Assembly: GCA_964035545.1 (NCBI GenBank)
Contig: OZ037767.1
Location: 24,692,628-24,756,627 of the forward strand
Length of the DNA stretch: 64,000 nucleotides
Source of the DNA: Bugula neritina
Lineage: Eukaryota; Animalia; Bryozoa
Direction of reading: 5' to 3'
Made by a program: the position numbers and the translations under genes. Below are positions 26,149 to 38,100 of the stretch, one piece after another; position 1 is the stretch's first letter; each line of letters starts with the position of its first letter. A model generated the notes under the pieces. That model saw nothing but the letters and a program-made list of their open reading frames with translations. It searched no databases and was not told the DNA's origin.

Positions 26149-29100
26149 CATCACACTCACCCTTCTGATCATAGAGGCCCCAGAGTTGGCAGAAGACACC
26201 CAGGAGCCAATAGACCTGACTGAGCCAGCATTGTCATTATCTCTATCAGCTTTCATTGCTTCTATATACATCTTCTGGCTCTGTATCTTTTCCTGTGTGG
26301 AGACTAAACTGTGTAAACTGTACATAGCAACCAACCCGCAGTTGCTACGGCAACAGACTGTACATAGCAACCAACATGCAGTTGCTACGGTAACAGACTG
26401 TACATAGCAACCAACACGCAGTTGCTACGGTAACAACTGCTTTATCAATACAAAGTATGGTTACTAAACCTTTATAGCAATAGACTTCATTGCTGTGTGG
26501 AAGAACTTGAAGACTAAAAATACCAAAAGCAACAAACTTCTAGGTAAAACAGGTTCTGCATAAAAAGCCCAAATACATAAAGTCCCTCTGTAATGGAAGT
26601 GTTTGTCTCAATGAAAGTAAATCATCTGATGATCTTACCTTTAAACGGGGCACTTCCTGTTGCAATTGGGTCACCTCGAACCTAAGAGACAAGTTTTCTT
26701 CAGATAGTTTGAGGACATCAGCTTGTAGCTTCTGTTCCCTAGCAACCAGATCTGGATACTGGTCATTATTCATTATCTAAAGTTAGTGTATAAAACAACA
26801 ATATAGTATACAATATTGTGATGTAGTAGACAATATATTTATATAGTACACCGTGCCCCCTCTAGCAACATCAAGGAGCATATCTCAGGTATATATATAT
26901 ATTACAGGTATATTACAAGCTAGGATCAAATGAGATATAAGACAACTTTTGAACATTAGTATCTAAACCTGTTACTAAAACTGTGTGATTGTCACAGTTC
27001 TATTATGTTTCTGACCAAGAGTCATCAAACCCAATATAAACTAATGAATAAAACCACATCAGGTTATCAAAAAGCCATAAAAAATAAGTTAATTCCAACT
27101 ATACCCTTTTTAATCTTTCAAATAAATTCTCCATAATAGAAAAGCAATAGCCTAGTTTGAAGTATGAAAATGTCAACAGCTATGCTTAAAATAAACAAAC
27201 ACGATTGAGTTGGTGTTTGTGGTGATACTTAAAGAGTTGCTAAGCAGAGTTATTTATCCTGAATTAAATTGAAAGTGCATAACAAAACATATAAGTTAAG
27301 GCTTTAAAGTCATACATATAGAAAAGAAGAATTAAAACTAATAAAGTATTATGCCATTATAATAGACGCAAGGTAGAGCAAAGGGGAGGGGAGGGGGTTC
27401 ATTATTTATAGGATAAGAAATATGAGTAAGTCTGGAAAGTTAGCCACACTGAAGATGGCCGACCATTTAGTAAGTACAAGCTGCACATAAACAACATTAT
27501 TTTGGGCAACTCAGTTTACCTATAAAAAACAATTTAAGAGCTTCATATGTTGAGCTAAGATAATATTGACACTAATTTTTCCACCCTCACATGGTTATCT
27601 TCAGTGTCTCTCTACTAACCTCTCATGACTTCTATTAACCTCTCATGACCTCTACTAACCTCTCTCATAACCTTTACTAACCTATCATGACTTCTACTAA
27701 CCCCTCCCATGACCTTTACTAACCTCTCACGACCTCTACTAACACCTCATAACCTTTGCTGACCTCTCTCATAACCTCTACTGACCTATCATGACCTCTA
27801 CTAACCTGCTGACTGTCCTTAGCCTTCTTCTGCTGCACAAAAGCTTCCAGCTCTGCCAGTTTATCTGTGAGCTGTCTGTTTCTCATCTGAACTTCTTCAT
27901 ACGCCACGTCTCTGGTCATGAGCAGCTGCTGTCTTAAGTCACTTATCTATAATATATCAGTAATTTACATCTATATATTAGTAATATACATGTATATACT
28001 AGTAATATACACCTATATACCAGTAATATACACCTGTATACCAGTAATATACATCTATATACCAGTAATATACACCTATATACCAGTAATATACACCTAT
28101 ATACTAGTAATATACACCTATATATTAGTAATATACATGTATATACTAGTAATATACACCTATATACCAGTAATATACACCTATATATTAGTAATATACA
28201 TGTATATACCAGTAGTATACACCTATATACCAGTAATATACATCTGTATACCAGTAATGTACACCTATATACCAGTAATATACATCTATATATTGGGATG
28301 TGCAGTTTACACCAAGAAGTATGTTGCTACACAGCACGGAATCTATAAATGACGCATAGTTTATTTAGAGACACCCAAGGAACTAGTCTATGATAGATAC
28401 CTCATTATGAAGCTGTTCATTTTGATTTCTAAGCTCTTGTTCCGTCAGACTGGATGACTTGCCTACACCAATAGGGGGAGCATTCTTATAAGTCTTTTTC
28501 TCCAGTACTTCCTTTGCTTTATTAGCTCTGCATATATAAAAACTAGAGAAATATAACTTAGGCTAACACATGCAGATTCACAGTCTAACATTTACTAACT
28601 GATCGCTTTTCTATAACAGATCTTCCAACTAGAAGACTACTTTATAACCGAACGCACACAGCCCACTTTGTTACAGACCTGTCAAGTGCACTTTTTAGAA
28701 GCTCATTATTAGCTTTCAACTTCTCACACTCCACCTCTGATGCCGTCAGCTTTGACTTGCACTTCTCCAGTTGTTTCTGCAACTTCTTTGACTCCTCCCA
28801 CCTTTCAACAGCACCCAGCTAAAACAATACTCCATATTATTCATGATGCAATAAGGGGGGTTAATGAAGAACAAACTATCCACCACTTTATACATATTGT
28901 ATACAGAAAATATGTAAGTGTGCGTATATGTATAATATACAGGTGCATGTATATAAATATAACATAGAGGTGTAGGTGTAAATATACAATATGCATGCGT
29001 ATATGTACAACATACAGATGTATATATACAACATACAATACACAGGTGTATATATACAATATGTAAGTGTATGTGTATATTTTTACCTGCTTAGGAGCCG

Positions 29101-32100
29101 AAGTCTGTCTAATAATATCTTCAATAGGTTTCTCTGGCCGGTTGTATCTGATTTTACTCTCAGAAAGTTGACCTTCTAAAGACTTAATGCGAGTCTTGAG
29201 AACTTCTACTTCTTCTTTACTGCCACCTGCATCTCTCTAAAACACACCCATAAAATGTTATTCTAGAATAAGCTCAAACAGAGAAACACATACAAGTTAA
29301 CCATATTTTTTATCACAAAGGTAGTAGTATAAATTCCTATAATTATATGCAGAGCACATTTAAAACAATCCATGAAATTTTATTGAACACTTGAGAACAA
29401 GTTTTAATAAAAAGACACATAACAGATTAACGATGTGTTATATCACAAAGCTAGTAGTATAAAATATTCTCATTATAAGTTGAACAAACCTGTCTTTGAG
29501 CAGTAGAAAGACGATCTACCTTTCTCTCTAACACATCATTGCTCTCTTCTAGCTTACGTTTGTTAGCCTTGAGTCTCTCCATTGCCGCTTCCTTTCTTGC
29601 CAACTCATCTCTCAACTCCTCATTCTCTATCTGCAGCGCAGCCTCGTTATCGTGTCTCTTTTTGCCATCTCCCCGAGTCTACAACGTGGTTCAGTTAGAT
29701 ATAACAGCTTAGAAGAGTTTCCTACCTCTTTGTAACAAACATACAGCATGACTGGCAATCAGCTAGCTGAAAAATTAGGCTAGCATTTTAAACATTTAGG
29801 TTATCTACCACCAACCCATAACTATCCACTGTTTCAAGGACCAGTATGAAAACAGGAGCTAAAAATAAAAGAGTTTTTCAGGAAAAACGTGTAAACATGA
29901 AACATTAGGAGACAAATTTTTATCCTAATAGCAGAAAATAGCAGTAGCAAATCTTAAAATAAATTGATTTGCGAAATTCATATTGAGTACAAAATAATAA
30001 GCACTACTAGAGTATAAGGTACTGAGTACTACTAGAGTGCAAGGACGGCATTTTGCAGTTGAAAATAGACTCACTTTCTCCAACATATCTTCCAAGTCAG
30101 AAATTCTCAACTTGAGCTCTCTAGTCCTCTTGTCTATCAACTTCTGTATGTTCAGGTCTTGGGCAGCACTACTAGCATTTACTTTGACAGCTTCCTCCGC
30201 CTGTTCAACTAAGTCAGCCCGCAGCTCCTTTAGTGCTAGTGCCATACGCTGAAGTATAACTCATATATTACAAGGTGCATGCACAGCTGACTCTTTTCAT
30301 TAAACATAACTTTTTAAACAAAACTACAAATAGTAACAGATATATAGGCCAATGCAGCAAATATGGAATACCTTCTTTTTAGCAACCATTTTCCTTTCAG
30401 GTAAAAGACTACACATGTCAAACATGTACAACACAAGTGAAGTGTGATGTGGCGTATGTGAATATTGTATGTATATGTGAGCAAAGAATAAAAGATAATC
30501 AATATTATTAATTATTGAACAATGGTTCAGACTTGTGTGTTAATTAATGGAGCACTGATTGAATAGTGACAAGATATCACTTGCATCTTGAATTTAGTAA
30601 AAGATTATGGCTATGAAACTTTTTCAAACATAGTTGGTTTCAACAAATTTTTGTTTCATCAAAGGTTATCTGTTTATGCACACAATAAAGCAGTCATGCT
30701 GCCAACTCTAAAACTAAACTATAAATTAGTAACCTAAGATCATGGTGACTATATGTTCCATATTACCCATTGTCTAACATAATAGCTGTTTACATTGTAC
30801 GCTCCTCCCACTTATTGTAACTATATAAATACTGTATTTTATGCGATAAATGATTCAACCTAATAAACCAGTGTCTGATCTACATCTATATAAACACCTA
30901 CAAACCACAGTTACAAATGAACTACAACAAATAAGGCATACGACACTCATGCTGATATCTCTATAGCAAACATAAATAACTAACATCCCTTTAGTGTAGA
31001 TACATACAGAGTACCATGTTGAGTACATTATAATAGAGTACATTGCAAGAGATTTATCAAGCTTCAAGTCATGCCACACCTCAGCAAGTGCACACAGAGT
31101 ACATGTCAAGTCTCACCAAGCCACAAAAGAGATTCATGGCATCAAAACGAGTCACCCGGGAAATGCTCACCTGCAACTCGTCATCTTTGTCTTGTATCTG
31201 CTGCTTCAGACGACTCATATGTTCCCTCGCTGCCGCAGTAGGGCCCTTATTGGCTGCCTGCTTTTCATTCTCCAAGTCGGTGTTGAGTCGACTGACTTGT
31301 CCATTGCTAGCAGTCAGCTGCTTTCTCAGCTCTTCATTTTCCTTGTCCAACTTTTGGACCAGCAAATGGTGCTCTGAAAAAATTAACGAGACTTACTTTA
31401 TGAGAATAGAAATACTGAGAAGATTGAACTTCTGTTCAAAGAGGTTGGTTTCTAGTTCAGGTTTTAAATAATGTGTTTAAAGTTTGGATTCCCAAATTAC
31501 GGTTATTAACAGAAGTTTAAACCTTAGCATGTTATGGTTGGTGTGTGAAACAAACTGCCAATATTTCCTGTTTTGCACCTATATTTGTTAATTTCAATAA
31601 TATTGGAAATTTAAATGATCAATACCATTTAAAATTCTTTTTTTTTAAAGTCAAAGTTTAATGACAATGTCATATATATGTTATTGATTTCGTTTTTTTG
31701 CAATTTCTGCTATTTATAAAGTATGTTTAGAACCATTCAGAGATTGATGATAGGATGAAATGAACAATAGTACAAGTAGATGATATTTTCTCTGAAATAG
31801 CTTTCATATTACATAATATTATAGATCATTTTAGTTGAAAAAACATATATTTTTACTGTTGATGAAATGAAATTAGTAGTTGGTGGTTATAGCTAACAAC
31901 CACATAGGATTTCAATTCTGTACAAATGTGGCTCATAAAGCACAAATGAACATTTACCAATTTGTTGGTCTACAAACAGGAAGTCTAGAAAATACCTTCA
32001 ATCAGTTTTTCTTTGTCTTTACTCATGGTAATTGTTGTCTGCTCTTCACGCCTTCGCCACTTTTCTACCTCCGCCTGCAGAGATCTAATTCTCTGGCTAA

Positions 32101-35100
32101 GTGCAGCGATCTGGTTATCTTGCTGTACTACGATCTCTTCCACTTCATTCAATCTGGCAAGCTGACAACAAGAGATCATAGAGACATCAATGCAATCAGC
32201 CGAACAGTGAAAGTTGAAACATAGTGAAAGTTTTTCTATTTAACTCCATAAGCTTTTAATCCATTTTGGGTTGGTTTTATTGCTTTATTTTACTGCTTGT
32301 GAAATTTCATTAACAACCACTGAAAAATATAAAGAATGGCAAATAATAAGCTACAAAGTGACCCATGCCCACTTTATGAAACATGTATCACTGTGCTATA
32401 AACATTGAGAGTATACTTTTTAAGTTGTTATAGCAAACCCTGAGCATCACGCTATTCACTTTTATCACCTGCTTACTAATATATTTCACCTGTTGTCTAG
32501 TATATCTCAACTCTTGAATATAGCTCACCTGTTTGCTAGTTGGAGCACCAGGCATTGGTTGATTGACATTCGCTATGGCTGTCTGTTTAAACTTAACAAA
32601 GGCGTCATCCGACTTGATATGCAGTCTGTCCATCATCAGCTTCATGTCTGTATCGTGTTTATTACACAGCTCTAGCATTTCATCTCTTGATGATTGAAGT
32701 AATGACTGTAGTTTACCTATAGTCTCCTCCTTCTGGGCTATTCTCGCCTACAGTGTTATAACATAGAACTCAGGGAAGTTTATAGTCACTATCCCTACGA
32801 GAATCCCTGATGAAAAGAGTCTTTTATTATTAAACAGGACTAAGGATTTGTTCATGTGTAGTACAGGAGCAATTGTGACTGAATGCTCTTCCTAACATCA
32901 TTTTTATTGGGGTTTGAACCCATGACCACAGGTTTACTAACCCCTAGACCGCGACTGCTCCCTGCAGTGTTATAACATAACCAAGTTATATTTCCTATTG
33001 AGTGTTTTTCCTCCCATGTCTAAAGGAACTTCTACATTATACTCTACTAATATAGCACAGAGTTATGTCCTCTGTAACAATGCAGTGTATATTAGTCAAC
33101 AGAGCTGCCTAACAATTAGTGTATGCGTATTTATTTGACTGTTTTGCTTTCTAAGGGAGTAGAGTAAATCTGATAGAGCACATAACTCCATGTTGGTTGA
33201 GCAGATCGTAGACTGTTCACTGATAGCAACAGTTAAATGCTAGAGGTCTTGGAACACAATACTGCTGAGACTTAGTTATTCCTACGCTTGAGCCAAGAGA
33301 CAAATATCACACCAGTCAATCAGAATGCATTACATAAAACTGTAATCAGTATGGCTACTATCTCAGTCTCTATTCAAAATAGTGTTCAAGAATTAGGTAG
33401 AATTATTTAAACCACAACATTCATATAGTTCTGGTTTGTATTTCATACAAAAGTTTAATCACAGATGTCATAATTTTTCTTGTTTAATGAAATGCTCTAA
33501 AAACATGCACTTCCCCTAAACACCTGCAGAGTACCAATGGTTGACCAGTAGACTACCTGTCGGCTGTACACACCTGCAGACTACCAATGGTGCTCTGGGC
33601 AACCCTCAGTGCCTGCTTGGTCTCGTACTGCTCCTCCTGGTACTGAGCATTGCTTGTAGCCTTAGCAATAGCAGCATCTCGCTCAGCTGTTGCGGGCATT
33701 CTTAGTCGCAGCTCGGATATTAATCTGTCTCGAGAAAGTAGGTTAGCATCTGCTTCCTTCAGCTTGATCTCTAACTCTGCTAATCTCTATATAAATATAA
33801 TAAAATGTGATAATACATATCAGTGTTGGCAAAGAGGCAACAATATATCGTATTAACAATAAATAAGTCAGGTACAATAAATTAGATTTATAAACTCACT
33901 GTCTTGATATTTCTAGATTCACTCTGAGTTTCTATAATAACTCTGACATTATTCTTGATGGTTGTAATAGCCTGTTCCAGTTGATCTGAGATTGGTAATG
34001 TGATGTCAGGGAGGGAACCCGTAGCCTCCTCAAACTAAACATTCAACAGTTAGAAAAACTCAGACTATTTGAAATGTACAAGATTCATGCTGCTATGTTA
34101 AACAATGAAACTTCCTAATGCTGCAATGTATGAGCGAGTGAAGTAAATGCTATAGAGGGTTGCTATCAAATACTCTTCCCAAATCACATAAATACATAGA
34201 AATTTATACACAGCCACTGGTAATTTTGCAGTACATTTGGCCACTTGCTGATTATAGGCAATACATATGACAACTAATAGCATGCTAAAGAGGTCATATA
34301 ACAACCAATAGCATGCTATAGAGTTCATAAGACAACCAATAGAATGCTAGCGAGCACATACCTTAGATGCCGCACCAGCTATTTCCTGTTGCTGGTTTTC
34401 TAACTTGTTAATAATTCTTTCCATTTCCATCTCTCTCTGCTCCCATTGCAGTTGCCTCTCCTCGTAATGTCTGTTCATCTTCACCTGACTCTCTTCCAAA
34501 TCACTGATGGTGACTTCATGCTGCCGCACCGTACTCTGCATGAATGACACCTGAAACATGACAGCAGGTGTCATCAGACACTATGCTGCACAGTATACCT
34601 GACACTGGCACTGCAAAGTGCCATGGCACCTTCTGTATGACTTTTATTGTAAAACAAAAACGCTTCCTATATTTTCATATAAAATTGTATTCTGATTTTT
34701 TCTGCATATTATACCTGACTCATAGGTTTGGCACAAACGCATACTTTATCCAAGTTACACTGTCTTCTATATTAAAAAACTCATGCAGGTTCAGAGTCAC
34801 TTTCCCTGAGAAAATCCCTGAGGGAAAAGTTTATTTAAATTGCTTGCTAACGACTTATTCATATGTGGCCCAGGAGAAATTATGACTGAACGCTCTTACC
34901 ATGTCACCAATGGCCTTTACTGGGGTCCGAACCCATGACTTCGAGTTTATAAAGCCAAACGCCTTAACCCCTAGACCACAGCTGCTTCCTAATACATACT
35001 ACACTTTGCTTATTATTTTTGCATATATGCTAGGCGTGTTTAGCATGTCACAATTGAAATTGCGTCCAATTATATAACATTTATTCACTTCTTCATGTGT

Positions 35101-38100
35101 GACTCACTTGATCTGAAAGCCGCTGTATTTGCCTTGTCTTCTTCAACTCCTCTAGCCTAAGTTCTTCCATCTTGCCGTGCCACTCGACCACTTTATTGGC
35201 ACCCTTACCGTCTTTCAAGGTTGATATGAGTTCTTGTAGAGAAGAATACTGCACTTTGAGACAGGCCAGCTTGTCTTCTACAGCAGCCCTGTCGTCTGTG
35301 ATCTGCAGTGAGAATGAGTCATACATTCACTTGAGACACAACAGAGTAGTGAAGCGGAAGTTTTAAAACTTCCATAATAATCTCCACTTTTGCAAAGGAC
35401 TATCATATGATGAAACTCATAGTCTGATTAAAAAACTTCCGATATTAGTTTATTTTAGTAGAGCTACTCTATGTACTTATCACTTATTCACCCACAGCTA
35501 CTTTCACTGTTTTATTTAAATATAGCATTAAAAATTTAATAAACCATAAACAAGCGACAAATCTATCACTGAAGCGGAAAACACACTAGAAATTGCCAAA
35601 TTTATTAGGCATACCTGTTTGAGTTGTTTAGCGAAACTGTCCTTATCTTCTTGAAGCTGTACCATGGCATTAGCAAATCTCTCTTGCTTAGAGAGAGGCA
35701 CTGCACCACTGTAAGTACGTCGCAGCTCATGTATGGTCCTCCTGAAAATTCACACATGCATAAAGATTAGCTTAGCAAAGGGGTAGGAGTGGTGTAGTGG
35801 CTAGAGTGGCAGCTTAGTGAATACGAGGTCAAACACCGGCGGTGATGTTAGGAAGGACATTCAGTTATAATTGCTCCTGTACCACATATAAATAAGTCTC
35901 TAACCCGTTCAAAAAACCCTTTCCATTAGGGGTTCTCACAGAACTATAAATTTGTGTGAGTTTTAGAAATATTAGCTTAACCAGTCAGCTAATTGATTAG
36001 TCATCTATGTGAACTGTTAATGAATCACATGATCACATACTAATTCAAGTAATTACCGGAGATGACGACTCTTGTTAGCTGTGTCTGCCCTGTGGTGCAG
36101 CAGTGATTGGTCCTTCTCATCAAGTCTCTGCTCCAGCCTCAGCATCTGAGCTTGTTGTTTGGTGATCTTCTTGAGGGAGTCCTCTAGTTTCTTCACAGCT
36201 GTACCTTCAGACACTTGGAGTTGTACAATGTGTCGGTGTAACTTTCCTACAACGTGAGGCATGTAGTGGTTGTGTAGTGAATTAATACCATACAACTACA
36301 ATACATAACACAATCCATAAAACTAGTAAAAAATCTTGCAAGTTTCAATGTGTCAACAACAGAAGCAAAATACAAAACAAACTAATGAGAAAATACTCTC
36401 ACACCAGGGCTCTGATATCATACACTTGTTAGTAACACTAGAAAAGCAGAAATTCAGTTAATCTACTAAAGATATGGCTCCATCTAGCTGCTACTCGTAC
36501 ATGACCGAGTAGAGATAGGTGAGATAAAGCTTGGCATATTGAACAACAATTTAACCTAAACAGCACCACCAAAAGACTATTTTATTGAACAATGTTTCTC
36601 TTCAATGCCAGGTTATATTCCCTGCATTTATAGTGCATATAACTTTATGCTAAATAGGCTGATTAAACTTCATTTCCCTAAAACATATACAGCATCAGAG
36701 ATTTTCTGATGTGTTTTAAATGCTAATTTACTGCCTGGCCAATACAATGTTTTGGACAGAGATTTGGTAAAAAGAACTAACCGATGACTTTCTTCTCATC
36801 ACTCTGAGCCTGTATGTCTATCAGCTGCTGCCGCAGTGACAGCAGTTCCTTCTCTTGACTGACCTTCTGTTGCTCCATAGCAGACGCCTGATTCATGGCA
36901 ACGTCTGCTATTTCTTTGAGCCTTGAATTCTCTATCTTCAGAGAGTTTTCTGAGGCCTCCAGAGTATTGATACGCTCCCTATCAGCATCACTGACCGATT
37001 TCAGAACACAGTCTAAAACATCCAATAACCGTTGTACATCAAACTAAAAATATAATGCTGCCATAAACCGACAGCAGACATTTGTAATATGCATGTTAGC
37101 TGCAGCAGCAAACAATTAGCTACGCATGTAACAAGATACAATGTTGTGTGTACTAATGTAGACATGTTTACAGTCTATTCTAACTACAGCAGTTGCTAAT
37201 ATCATGACTGTATAAGCAACAGAAAACTATCACAGCCATTATCCATCACTACATAACCGCCATATAACAATACCTATACAACCGCTTGATAATCATTACA
37301 CAACCACCACATAACCAACATTAACCACTATATAACTATCACACAACCACTACATAATTGCCATGCAACCACCATATAGCCACTATATAATCATTAGATA
37401 GAAAAGAAACTCACTAGAGAGCTCATCTCTCAACTTCCTCTCAGTTCTCTGGGCATCCAAATTCATTTTAGTCACTTCAGAAAACTTCTGCTCCAGTTCC
37501 AGGTTTCTCTGCTCTAACTCAACTATCATCTCCTTTCTCTGCTCATACATTCTTACAGCATGCTCTGCCCTTTGTCTTTCATTCAACTCCTTCATTTCTA
37601 AGGTAGCCAGCTTTTTAGCTTGTGTCATGGCCTACCATTATACAGAAGAGAGTGTATTACAACATTGGGTAAGCAACTGTCTTTATATTAGCACTTTGTG
37701 GGTGGTATCAAAGTGTACATCATGTCTACTCTCTGATAAATTCTTATATACTGTTATGAAAAATGTTAAATAAGAAATTTTACTGACCTCAACAGAATGA
37801 GTTAAAGCATTGTTGTTGAAGTTATAAATGACGGATGCAAGTGAGATGGCATTTATAAAACAGGTTAACTTTGTAGGAGAACATAAAGATGATATCATAT
37901 TTTATGAAGCCACAGATATACTTCAGATTACAAATCAGATGCTGGGTACAAACAGTGCTTAACACTTGGGCCATGAGATAGAATGGAACAAGCTATATGT
38001 AATACTTTTTCAAATGTTTAATATCCCAGAAGCCTGAGATTCTACATACCTCATTATCTAAGGCCGTGGGGGTCATGTGGATGCCCTGCCTTTGCAGTTG

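Noticed and set aside
32900-32964. tRNA gene calls for SINE heads (also 34920-34992, 35779-35840, 43985-44040) and the PBS
   Set aside because: No complete cloverleaf; they are SINE heads or a 19-nt primer-binding site.
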